Shown: piece by piece, positions 24,698-36,337 of the stretch | Layout of the letters: every line of letters starts with the position of its first letter | Position numbering within the stretch: the first letter of the stretch is position 1 | NCBI RefSeq assembly: GCF_036321535.1 | Contig: NC_087437.1 | Location: 109,122,001-109,186,000 of the forward strand | Length of the DNA stretch: 64,000 bases | Reading direction: 5' to 3' | Origin: Camelus dromedarius | Taxonomy: Eukaryota | Notes under the pieces: model-generated | What the model was told of the DNA's origin: nothing | What the model saw: only the letters and a program-made list of their open reading frames with translations | The model's database searches: none | Position numbers and translations under genes: made by a program

Positions 24698-26668
24698 ACT
24701 ATCCAAAAATGACGGCAGATGAAAATATCTGTTCCAACTTTCAGTTTGGACTTGCACTCTCTGGAACCCTGCTGTGGGCACCATGGTCAGTTCCATCACT
24801 ATCTCTCACTTGCTCTTGTCCTCCCCACCTCTGCCCACCATGCTGCTTCTGGTTTCTCCAGGGTTAGAGACGGGAGTGATGGAGGGTGTTGGTAAGTGGG
24901 AGAGCAGGTCTTATTTCACTGGTACAGATGGTAGTGGGGCAGTGTACACTGGGGCACTGGGGCATCTGTATGGCTTCCTTTGGAAATACTTTTGACGACT
25001 TCCAGTTCCAGTTTTCTGGAGATACCTTTTCCATATGGCTGCTTCCTCTTCTCCCTCGGATCCTAGATTTTGGCTGCCTGTGTCTAGGTTCCTGATTAAC
25101 CTTTGTCCCATTCAACTCTAGACATAAAAGCTCTTCTAATAAGATCATGCCTTGTGGTTCTGCCTCCCAGCAGGCAGTGCAACTAATCTCTCACCTTTAA
25201 CCTTTCTATAAATTTAAGGGATGAATGTCCTTGGAATGGTTATTTTATGCCACCTTCTCTTCATTTGGCTTCAGGTGCTACCCCTCACACCTTGTGGGCA
25301 GGGAATGTAGGTGCCACAGCACAGAAGCTGTGAAGCAGTCCTCCGTCTCCAGTCTCTCCCAGGTCCTCATGAGACTCATTTTCCAGTAGTTCTTCCTTTT
25401 GAATGAATAATTCCATTCCTGAGAAGCCATCCTAAAGAACTAAAGTTCAAATAATAAAAAAAGCTTTCTGCTCAAAGATGTTCTTTTTGTCTACCTTCTT
25501 TTTGTTTTTTTTTTTTAATACACTCTGAGGTGGGGGGTAGTGATTGGCAAAAGCTGTTAGAACTGGTTTTAGCCCCTCCTTTGTGAACCTTACATAGATA
25601 TGACCTTAAAATTATGAAGATACTTGGCAGAGAATGCTCTCCATTTGGGGTCTCAGGTGAAAAGGTAAGACAGGAGGCTTGCATTTTGGCATTCTGCTAC
25701 CCAGCCTTTCCTGGATCCTGCCAAAAACCTCCTTACTAAGTCTGTTATCGCTCAAGCTTTTCTGTCTCACTAGACTAATTCCCTTCTGTGACTTTTGCAT
25801 CTTTACAATTATTTTCTAGTGACAACCTTCTGCAGCACTTAAAACATTTATCAAATATATCTGCCTTCTGGTTTATCTAAAAATGTGTTCTTTAAAAAAA
25901 TCTAGTTTATTTTTTGTCCCATACCCTGGGGTTGCCAGAATATTTTCTTCCTCTTAAAAATTACACCCAATATCAAGAACATTCCAACCAATTTTGACAT
26001 AATATGTTACTGCTCTGTACATTTTATGTGTGTTTCAATTCATAATAAGTTAAAGCAGGATTTTATTTTCACAAGCTCCCACCACTGCCAATTTTTATAA
26101 CCAGTTAGAATCAGCTAAAGTATTCAAGAAAGGCTTTGAAACTGTACTTTTGATTTTGAGAAGAGTTCTTTTATGGTTCAGATAAATGGCATTTTACATG
26201 TTGTATCACAAATCTTTAAATATAGAACTTATGAATTGCAGAAGAATCTTTATGCTTTACACTAAGATACTTTGCATCTTAATGGAAATTTATCATTGAT
26301 TTTATTTTGAATAACTTTCTTCTTGAGAACATTAAATAATTCAGTTTCTATTAAATTAACTTGTAACCTCAGGACTATATATCTGGCAATCTGGAAAAGC
26401 TGGTTAATACAGTGAAATATTAAACATACATAAAGGGTTATGAATATATGAAAGGATGAAGCAAGTGATAGTATTAGAAGCTTCAAATATACTGGAGTTA
26501 TATTATACTAATGTATTTACATGATATGTTTATTTATAATTATATGTGGATTATATTATTAGAAACCCTAAATAAACTGAAATGAAAGACCATTTAATTT
26601 TATAAAAGGGTAAATAATGAATCGGAATATAAGATAAAAATATTTCATTAGCTTTTCTTGGTAACTCT

Positions 26669-27240
26669 AAAGATGCTCAATATCACTAATTATTAGCGAA
26701 ATGCAAATCTAAACTACAATGAGGTATCATCTCACACCAGTCAGAATAACCATCATTAAAAAGTCTACAAATAATACATGCTGGAGAGGGTGTGGAAAAA
26801 AAGGAACCCTCCTACACTGTGGGTGGGAATGTAAATTGGCGCAGCCACTAAAGGGGACAGTATGGAGGTTCCTTAAAAAACTAAAAATAGACTTACCCTA
26901 TGATCCAGCAATCCCACTCCTAGGCATATATCAGGAGAAAACATAATTTGAAAAGACACATGCACCCCAATGTTCACAGCAGCACTATTTACAATAGCCC
27001 AGACATGGGAACAACCTAAATGTCCATTGACAGATGACTGGGTAAAGAAGTTGTGGTATATTTATACAATGCAATACTATTCAGCCATTTTCAGCAACAT
27101 GGATGGACATAATAAGCTGTAATGGAAAAGAGCCTGAAAAAAAAATATGCATGTATATGTATAAATGAATCGCTTTGTTGTATACATGAAGCTAACATTG
27201 TACATTGACTACACTTCAATAAAAAATAAGAATAAAAAGA
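26669..27240 (+). mobile_element. Young 5'-truncated L1 (ORF2 C-terminus, internally deleted 3' UTR, A-tail)
   Basis: ORF 26719-26946 ([44 protein letters not shown]...[13 protein letters not shown]) is the cysteine-rich C-terminal region of L1 ORF2p. The element ends 'tacacttcaataaaaaataag'. Confidence 0.93.
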
Positions 27241-28766
27241 AAGTTTATGAACATGAAACAACATAAATCTAAAGCTATTAAAAATAATCAGAATAATAAA
27301 TAAACAGGACCCACATATAAAAACTATAAAATTATCAAATGGCCTAAAATAAGATTTTGAGAAATGAAAGACATACTATTTTATTGGCTGGGAGGTTTAA
27401 ATATAAAATTATTAACTTGTCTCAAATTATTGTCATTTTAGCATAATTATTTGAAGACCTGATGAGATTCTTTTGGGAGGAGATGTGTAAAAAGTAATAA
27501 AACTTTCAAAAAGAATAAAAAATATATATTTTTTTTAAAGAATGAGTAGTGAGAAACTATGTTAGGAAGTGCTATGAAACTAAAATACTTTAAGCAGTGT
27601 AAGTCCGAAATAGGTTAATCACTAGAACTAGACAGCTTGGATGAATTTTTTGACATGTAAGTTTCAACACCACAGACAAACAGTTAAAGAAAATAGTATC
27701 TAATAAATGGTGTTAGGGCAATTGGTTACCTATTTACAACAAGTTATATCTTTGGATTTTTGTCTCATAGCATACACCTAAAATAAATTCTACAAAGGTA
27801 AAAGAAATGAAAAGTCATGTAATTTAAAAATTTATAAGGTAACTACCAAATCTCCAGAGGAGGGAAAACTTACTAAATGTAAAAATAATGGAAAAACCAT
27901 AAGGGCAAAGATAGATTTTAATAGCACAAAAATTAAAACTATGGCTATAAAAACATCAGAATTAAGAAATAAATACTTTGGGAATTTTTTGCATCAACTA
28001 TGACTCAGGTTAGTTTTCTTTATTATAAACAATCCACAAAAATCAATAATAGAAACTTTAAAACCAGAATAGATAAATGTGCAAAATTCTATCAGAAAAT
28101 CATAAAAGATGAGCACCAACTAATCAATGAGCATAGAGAAACAATTTCAATACTGTAGTAATCAAAGTCTTGCAAATGAAGATGACAATAAAATGTCATT
28201 GCTTCCCAGCAAATTAAAGAAAATATTTTGTTTTTAATGAGAATATTTACTGCTAATAAGGTAAGGGTATCATGGAATGGGTACACCCATACATTGCAGG
28301 AGGGAGTGCAAATTGTTGCAAATCTTTTGGAAAAAAAATTGGTAATGTATACCTTCAAATGTTTCTTTTCTTTGAACTAATAACTCCATTTCTGAGAATC
28401 AATCCTAAGAAACTAAGCCCAAATGATGAAAAAGCTGTCTGTTTAGAGATGTTCCTTTTATGCTCTATGTAATAGTTAAAATTGGAAACCATTTTCGCAT
28501 GCTAGGTAATAAAATAGCTAAATACAATCAGGTATTACCGCTCAGTGTGATATTATGATACTGTTTTGAGGTGCTTCTGTAAACATTTATAATAGGAGAA
28601 ATATTCATGCCATAGTAAAGAAAGCAAGGTACTTTATCTATATATAAAATATACAGATATGTACATATGTATATATATTTAAAGTTTAATATACAGCATG
28701 AATACTATTACGTAAAACCAAAAAGAAAAAAGGATAAACAAAACCCCAAATTCCATTTAGATATAC

Positions 28767-28797
<31 letters not shown>

Positions 28798-28808
28798 AGA
28801 AAAGAAAA
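28767..28808 (+). repeat. Poly-A/(AAAAG)n simple repeat
   Basis: Directly visible. Confidence 0.85.
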
Positions 28809-30439
28809 TCAACTAACCAAGTGTTAACGTTGATATTATTTTGTATAGTGGGAGTATGGTTGATTTTTTTTCTCCATTTTTTCCTATTTTCCATAATGAG
28901 TATATATTAGTTTTAGAATGGACAAAACAAGAAAGTTTTCAAAAGTAGTACACCCACACGTAATGGTTTCCCTGTATTAAATTTACATAAATGTGATTTC
29001 GTTAAGCAGAAACCCATTAGCACCAAAACCCACTTCCTATTACTGTTTGTCACTTCAGGCAGTTACTAAGAATCTTTCCCACCTTAAAGAATATAAACCT
29101 ATTTCTTTAGTTCTGCAGCCTAAGTTAAAAGGTGGGATAAGTGCTAACATTTCTTTTTTAAGAAAGAACATCAATTTCAGTGCACTCTCTACGTCACACT
29201 GAAAATGTCATTAGGAAATTGTAGTCCTTAACCTAAAAGCTTAAAATCTAAATTATGTGGATGAACCAGTTTAGACTCATGAATAATATGAATAGGTCTT
29301 TTAATCGTAAAAAGGCCCTGGACAATAAAATGAGTTGCTTTGAAGTTAGCTATTTCTTTTACAAGATGAAATTTTATTTTCTCCTAGAAATATTTGAAAG
29401 AGTGAATGCTGCAGCTGGAAATCATTCCAACAGTGTTAGGGGGAAAACAGAGCTATAAATAGGATGAAGAAACAAGCGAGCAATTAGGAAATGGAGGAAC
29501 ACACTGAAGGGAACAATAGAGGCTGGAAAAACAGCAGCAGTAGATTCAAAACTGGAATCTGTTGAGTGTTTACTAATGGCCTGTATAATCAAGAAGAGAC
29601 CCCCCATGATGTATGGATACACGTGACTTTCAGACATCTGGTTTCGCGTACTATAAAGAAGATTACAAGTTAGGACCTCTAGAAATGAATAATATTTTGC
29701 TGCCATTTCAAGAATAACATAAATAATGATTAGTGGTAAGAATTAATAAGTCTGATAATAAGACTATCTGTAATTAGCTTGTCTGTTACTTTTTTAAAAA
29801 AAGTTTTCACATGCAACATCTACAAATTCTAGCTCATGTTGCAACTGGGATGTGCAGAGGAAAATAATTATTTTTCTGCAATGGATCCTCTCCTTCTCTG
29901 GAGAGCTCATTTTCTGGTTAGTGGGGGAAAAAATTACCTAAATGTGCAAGGCAGTTTGAAGCTAAGACCAGTTGGATGAATTAAATAGCCCATCCAGGCA
30001 ACACCAAGGCTCTGTCGTATAATGGTTTTCAGTGTTTTAAGAGAAGCTTCTCTTCCAAAGATGGAGTTCAGGTGTGCGGAGGAAGGCTGTTTGCCCTTGG
30101 CAATGGGTGAGGGCTAGTGTGGCCTGATCCTTGACTCTATCCTGGGTGCAGTCTTCTTCCTTTGGTTCCCTTTGGATCCTGCCTCCCTTATAGTGACAAG
30201 CCTGTGGCTGGAGAACTCCCAATCCTTTTTAATGACTTAGGAATGGTCTGCCATTTCCCCTCAGTTCTCGGTGCTAGGCTTTAATTGAATAATTTCCTTA
30301 AACTGAATTTTCATGAATTTGTGTATTTCTATACGTGCACGTGTGTTCATGTCTAGGTATTTATCTGTTCATACATGTTTTGTGGGGACAGGAGGAAGGG
30401 GAGAGAAAACAGGTAGTAAGATACATTTCGTGTCTATAA

Positions 30440-30600
30440 ATTGCTAGGCATTTATAGCCTCATTATCATATTTAATTTTCATGGAAATCTTAGTGATGGT
30501 TACTGTTATCACCTTTTACTCAATGAAGAAAGTGAAGCTGAGATGTGATATCAGAAATGGAGCCCAGGTCTACTTGAAATCAACGTCCATTGTCTCCTGG
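30440..30600 (-). mobile_element. MIR fragment
   Basis: 'atttaattttcatgg...ttactgttatcaccttttac...aatgaagaaagtgaagctgaga...gagcccaggtct'. Confidence 0.5.
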
Positions 30601-30649
30601 GATTGGTAAAAGTGGAAAAAAATGTTATATGCCTCCAATGTTCATTTTG

Positions 30650-32060
30650 TAATACCGCCACCCAAATCAGCTGTACCAATTCGCAATGTTACAGATTGTG
30701 CAGAAAAGTTCTAGCATGGTAACATCTTCATTAGGTTTGTGCACCTGTTACCAAAAACATTTTCTAGTTTGTTTACTAGAAATGTTCACTAGCTGCATGA
30801 TAGTATCCATGTTAACTTCAATGTGCGTATTTTTGATATTCAGCGAGAATGAACATATTTCCATTTGTTTAAATGTATTTGTGTTTTTTCTTGTACAAAT
30901 TGCTGCCTATTTTCAGTTTCAATCCTGTTGTTGCCATTAGGTGATACTGTGCTTATCCAGTTTTACGAGAGATTATATGCTATAGAAATATTTGGCATAT
31001 TGATACCAAATATTGTTCTCATCCATTTGTTTCTTTTTCCTTTTCAATTGAGGTTTTTATTTTTTCTGGTAAAAATTTTGTTTTAAATAAAAGTTTAAAT
31101 TTTTACATATGTAAATGTGTTAATTGTTCCTTTGTGATTTTATTTGGTACTTTAAACCTAAGAAAGTTATCATTCCTCTGCAGATGTAATAGCTATTTTA
31201 ATTATTCTAATTTTTATGAATTAAAAAAAATTGATTCTTTTATGGACCTTGATCTTATTTAGTGGATGATATTAGGTAAATATCTAATTTAACTTCTTTT
31301 AAAATTGGTATCTTTTATCCTTATAATTTATTAACAATCTTTATTTTAATTAATTGAGTTTTAATATAAAGCTAATACAATCTCTGATTTATCTATTTTG
31401 TTCTATTCACCCTTTTTTCTATTTTTGGGACAGAACTAAAATTTTGTAATTTTTATTTCATAAGGTTTTAATATCTGATAAACCTCAATTCTCCTAAAGT
31501 AACACTATACTTTTCCTATATTTAAAAAAACATGTGATATTCCCTTTTTAAAATATTTCTTTAATACTCCAGTTATTCTGAATATTTTTCCAGAAGCAGT
31601 TTTAGAATTATATTGTTATCTTCTTGCCAATCCCTACTGGAAATTTAAATGGGATTATAATGCCTGTGTAAATTAAGTTTGTGAAAATATTCATCTCCTT
31701 ATCAAGACCTAAATTATAACTCTTCATTTACTAAAGTTTTCCTTTATATTTCCTACTTAACATTTTTTCATTGTAAAAGTTATGTGTAGTTATCATTAAA
31801 ATTTTCCATTAATATTTTATAATTTTATTATTGTTAAGAAAAGATCTCCTTTATTATTATATTTTAGCTACCTGTTTTGGAATACAAGCCTTCTATGAAC
31901 TTTTTAGATGTCCCATCTTTCCATTCCACTAAGTTATTTTATTATTTCTAATTGTTAATTTATCTCTAATCACAAATTCACTTGGCTCTTTTAGTTATGT
32001 AATTATTCTAATTGTGCATAATGATTTTTCAGTTCCCAATATAATTTTTAGTTCTTATTC
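30650..32060 (-). mobile_element. Highly decayed old L1 (L1ME-like), antisense
   Basis: T-rich; 'tgaacatatttccatttgttt', 'gtttaaatttttacatatgtaaatgtgtt', 'tttagaattatattg'. Confidence 0.55.
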
Positions 32061-32438
32061 AAATCTTAATGTTTATTATTACAATTGTATTAGAAAAACC
32101 ATTGTAGAAGAGACATGAGTTAGTTTCCCTGTCTGTTCAACCTCCCTTCCTAACTGTTCTGCTTGCAGACTTAATTCTGCTTGTTAGCTGAGCACTACAA
32201 GAGTACAGCCCAGTCATAGATGATTGGATAAAAAATGGGCACGTGATTCAGGGAAAGGTAGTTCATTGGACCTCCAGTAATCAGCAAAGACTGGGAGTTA
32301 GATGGTGTCCTATGGGAGCCATGAAGTATGCACTAAGGCTGGAGTTGACACTATGGCAATGCAAACTCCTGTAAATCCCAGGAGCAGGAACTGGCAGTCC
32401 TGCAGAAAGTCAGGCTCCAGGGAGTTCACATACCCATA

Positions 32439-32463
32439 CACACACACACACACACACACACAC
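32439..32463 (+). repeat. (CA)n microsatellite
   Basis: Directly visible, about 12 units. Confidence 0.9.
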
Positions 32464-32609
32464 CCCTCAACCCACTGAAAACAATCTAAGAGAACATCCA
32501 ACCTCAGAAGCAGAGAGAGACAGAGAGAAACAGAAGCTGCTTGGTATCTTTCAACTTTCCCTTTTAGATCAGTTTCCTCTTTAGATTTTTAGTGTGGCTT
32601 CCCCTTTAG

Positions 32610-33697
32610 ATTTTTTATTATTATTTTTTTTTATTGAAGTATAGTTGACTCACAATGTTGTGTTAGTTTCTAGTGTATAGTATAGTGATTCAATTATACA
32701 TATACGTATTTTTTTTAATTTGTATTTATTTATTTAAAAAAAATTTTAATTTTAGTTTATTTTTATTGAAGTATACTCAGTTTACAGTATTGTGTCAATT
32801 TCTGGTATACAGCATAATATTTCAGTCATATTTATATTCTTTCTCATATTCTTTTTTATTATAGATCACTACAAGATACTGAGTATAGCTCCCCGTGCTA
32901 CACAGTAGAAACTTGTTTACCTGTTTTATATATAGTGGTTAGTAACTGAAAATCTCGAACTCCCATTTTATCCCTTCCCACCCCCTTTCTCCTCTGGTAA
33001 CCATGAGTTTATTTTCTATGTCTGTGAGTCTGTTTCTGTTTTGTAAGTAAGTTCATTTGTGTCTTTTTTTTTTTTTTAAGATTCCATATATAAGTGATAT
33101 CATATGGTATTTTTCTCTCTCTTTCTGGCTTACTTCACTTAGAATGATGATCTCCAGGTCCGTCTATGTTGATGCAAATATCATTAATTTATTCTTTTTT
33201 ATGGCTGAGTAGTATTCCATTGTATAAATATACCACAACTTCTTTATGCAGTCATCTGTCAATGGACGTTTAGGTTGTTTCCATGTCTTGGCTATGGTAA
33301 ATAGTGTTGCTATGAACATTGGGGTGCATGTACCTTTTTGAATCGGAGTTTTCTCCCAATATATGCCTAGGAGATTGCTGAATCATAGGGTAAGTCTATT
33401 TTTAGTTTTTTGAGGAATCTCCGTATTATTTTTCATAATTGCTGCATTCTGCCCATATTTTGATTGAGTTGTTTGTTTTTTTTTGTTATAGTGTTGTATG
33501 AGCTGTTTGTTTATTATGGGAGTTAAACCCTTTTAAATTGCATCATTTACAAATATTTTCTCCCAGTCTGCAGGTTGTCTTTTCGTTTTATTTATGGTTT
33601 CCTTTGCTGTGAAAAAGTTTATAAGTTTAATTAGGTCCCCTTTGTTTATTTTTGCTTTTATTGCTATTGCCTTGGTAGACTGACCTAGGAAAGCATT
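32610..33697 (-). mobile_element. Young artiodactyl/camelid L1, antisense, with two stacked 3' ends and an internal deletion near 33445
   Basis: 'tttattgaagtata' starts at ~32630 and again at ~32762. Canonical 'gattccatatataagtgatatcatatggta', 'tttttatggctgagtagtattccattg', 'gctatgaacattggggtgcatg', 'ttcctttgctgtgaaaaag'. Confidence 0.9.
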
Positions 33698-33974
33698 GAT
33701 TCTACCATAACAAATCCTCCTTTTTTTGATCTGTTTCTAGTGGGTTTCTGTTTCTTACAACTGAAAATCCTTTAAAATGGTGTAAAAACAGGTTTCCCTG
33801 TTTCTAAAAGGAATGCCACATATGTTTCAACTTTTGATTTCATACAAACAGATATAGTAAGGTGTAATCCTTTTGTTACTTTAACAATGTTATTATATGG
33901 TATTGAATTTCATTAGACATGTGTGGGCATTTGTTGAAACTGTCATTTCATTATGACTTTGTTAAATTAACATT

Positions 33975-34498
33975 TGTTAAGTGGAGCACAGGGGTGCAGG
34001 ATGGTGAACCCCAGTTCAACAACAGATCACAAGAGAAATTGCAGTAGAGAAGTTTATTACTCACAGGTCACGGAGGAAGGACAGTATATACCTCGAGGGT
34101 CCACATGGGGGAAGAGGGAGATCAAGGCAGAGTGCAGAAAGAGAGAGATAGGACCTGGGGCACGTGCCTTTATTAGGACATGTGGGTGGAGTGCTTTGGG
34201 GTTCTCAGGCTAAAAGGCCAAGCTGGTCAGTTCAAAACAAAGGAGCAGCGTTTTGGTGAGCTCCATGGGGGTCTTAGCTAAGGGGTATACAAGAAGAGGG
34301 TCCTGGGAGAAGGGGGGCTGTTGGGAGTCACATCTGGAGCTCACATTTGCTCCAGATGTGACTCCCCCAGCTGCCAGTGAGGGCATGTGCTTGCATTAGG
34401 GGCCAGTGTCTGATTAAGGTCCTACCGGCCACTTGGCCAAACCAAATGGATGCTGAGGCAGCAATACCATGGAGTGGCTCAGCTGAACTCTCGACACA
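33975..34498 (-). mobile_element. ERV solo LTR, family not assigned
   Basis: GC-richer ~520-bp block bounded by TG...CA within AT-rich DNA. Reverse polyA signals 'tttatt' at ~34073 and ~34169. Flanks catt/catg form an imperfect TSD. Confidence 0.6.
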
Positions 34499-35289
34499 CA
34501 TGCACTTTTTAATGTTGTCTAATATATCTACAGATAGTCAAATAGATTGAACTGTAAGTTCAGTTTTCCTGGCATTTGGTTAAATGTTCTTTTCATCACA
34601 CCACACAATGCATGCTGCACAATATCTCAAAGGACAGAGACCATGTCCTTCTTATTTTTCCTAGGAGAGAATCACAGATTTACTATGATGTGTCTAATAA
34701 TTATTTTTAGCATTATTGATAGCAAAATGGACCCTTTGATCATCCCATCTCCTGCCAAGGCCCTGCTTCTGTCACAGATTCTCAGCTTTCCCTCTTACCA
34801 GAACTTGCCTGCTCTTGATTCAGAAATATATTTCAGATAAATATCTGCCTGCAGCCTGAGGGGTAAGGGGAGCTGCTGGGTGGTTCTCTCCTCACCCCGG
34901 ATGCTCAGTATTATTGCTAAGGGAATGGGCTTGGACACCTTTTCTGTGGCACTGACCGTGACTCAGCTCAACCATCTTTGCAAAACATGATACTTAAAAT
35001 GTACATTGTCACATGTGATAACTCAGTCTTTTTTTTTTTTGTCCAGATTTATAGTCTGAACATTTTTGAGCATAGAGGGAAGTTGAAAAAATAGTACAAT
35101 AGATTTAATGCTTAACACCACTTTTTTTTTTTTTAACCATGGCTGCTTCTTTTTCAAGTTTAAAAATCTGATTCATCTATTTATTGGCAAGATTAAGGAC
35201 CTCATGGATTTTCTATTGCCTCATTTCTTTTATGTTCAAGAATGTCTGCCTGATACTTTTCAATGTGAACAACCTTCTAGCTGGAGATA

Positions 35290-35960
35290 ATACTCTTGGG
35301 AAAACATTTTCTTTCTTTTAGAACGTAATAGACATTATTCTATCATCACCTGACATTTATTGACATAGTGAATAAATCAAAGGCCAGCATGATTTTTTAA
35401 TTCTTGTGGGTGATTTTCACTATTTGCCTGGATGCCTGTGTAATTCTGTATTCTTGATGTTCGATGTTGTGTTGGTGTTCAGGGTCCTCCGTCACACTTG
35501 TTATGCCCAGTCATAATATGCTCTTTCACTGTAACACATCAGTTTTTTTTTTCTTGGAATTTCAGGGTTTGTTTTTTCTTGTAATATAACTTACAACATA
35601 TATTTTGTGCCAATTTATTAGACTCTCGACCTCAGAAGCACCAGTCCTTCTTAAGATGGATTGTCTTTGTCCTTCATAAAATTTAGTTCCTAATTGTTTG
35701 AATGCCTTTGTCTTTTTTATATGCATTCATTGCCTTCGTTTTCACCTTTCCACCTGCCAGTAATTTGCTCTTTAGCAATGTCTGTTCAATTCCTTGTTGG
35801 TTCTGATATACGTTTTAGTTCATAAATGGTATTTATTGTCTTAGCTATGCAATTTCTCTTTTCATCTCAGCCTGTCTTTTAATCATCTTACTGTATCCAT
35901 TAAAAAATTAAGCTGTTTTATAGCATAACACAATTTTTAGAGGACTTTCCTTCTGTTCAC
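35290..35960 (-). mobile_element. Old L1/HAL1-like fragment, antisense
   Basis: T-rich; 'aaggccagcatgatttttt', 'tttgcctggatgcctgtg', 'tttcagggttt'. Confidence 0.4.
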
Positions 35961-36211
35961 TAAGTAGTTTTTCCCTTTGGGCTTGGGTCTTTGTCTTTTT
36001 GATATTCTGCATCTTTTCCTACACCCACCCTTTTAGCTGTCACATGTCTGCGGAGTTGCCATGCTGTTTCTTTTCACCTTGCTTGTGCTTTGGCCATTCT
36101 GTGCTGACATTCTCTTTGATCTGATATAGAGCCAGTGACTTCTTAACCCTCTGCCTGTCATGCATGAGAAGAGTTTGCTTTCCTCTCCAAGCTACAGTTT
36201 GAAAGCCAAGG

Positions 36212-36267
36212 ACATACATACATACATACATACATACATACATACATACATACATACATACATACAT

Positions 36268-36314
<47 letters not shown>

Positions 36315-36337
36315 TCTATTTATCTATTTATCTATTT
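36212..36337 (+). repeat. Compound tetranucleotide microsatellite (ACAT)n(ATTT)n with ATCT variants
   Basis: Directly visible: about 13 ACAT units, about 12 ATTT units, then TATC-interrupted units. Confidence 0.95.

Larger units (their letters stand above)
26560..28930 (+). mobile_element. Highly decayed old L1 ORF2/3' region, hosting a young L1 at 26669-27240
   Basis: A-rich with residual motifs 'taataaatggtgttagggcaattgg', 'gggagtgcaaattgttgcaaatcttttgg', 'aattggaaacc'. Confidence 0.55.

Noticed and set aside
26719..26946. L1 ORF2-like ORF as a functional CDS
   Set aside because: It is a 5'-truncated retrocopy fragment lacking the endonuclease and RT domains and a promoter.
29812..29843. 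8-bp inverted repeat TGCAACAT...ATGTTGCA
   Set aside because: Too short for a miRNA-type hairpin and expected by chance in 64 kb.
32100..32600. Possible LTR16/LTR33-like ancient LTR, continuing at ~33700-33775
   Set aside because: Resemblance is too faint to assign boundaries or family without a search.
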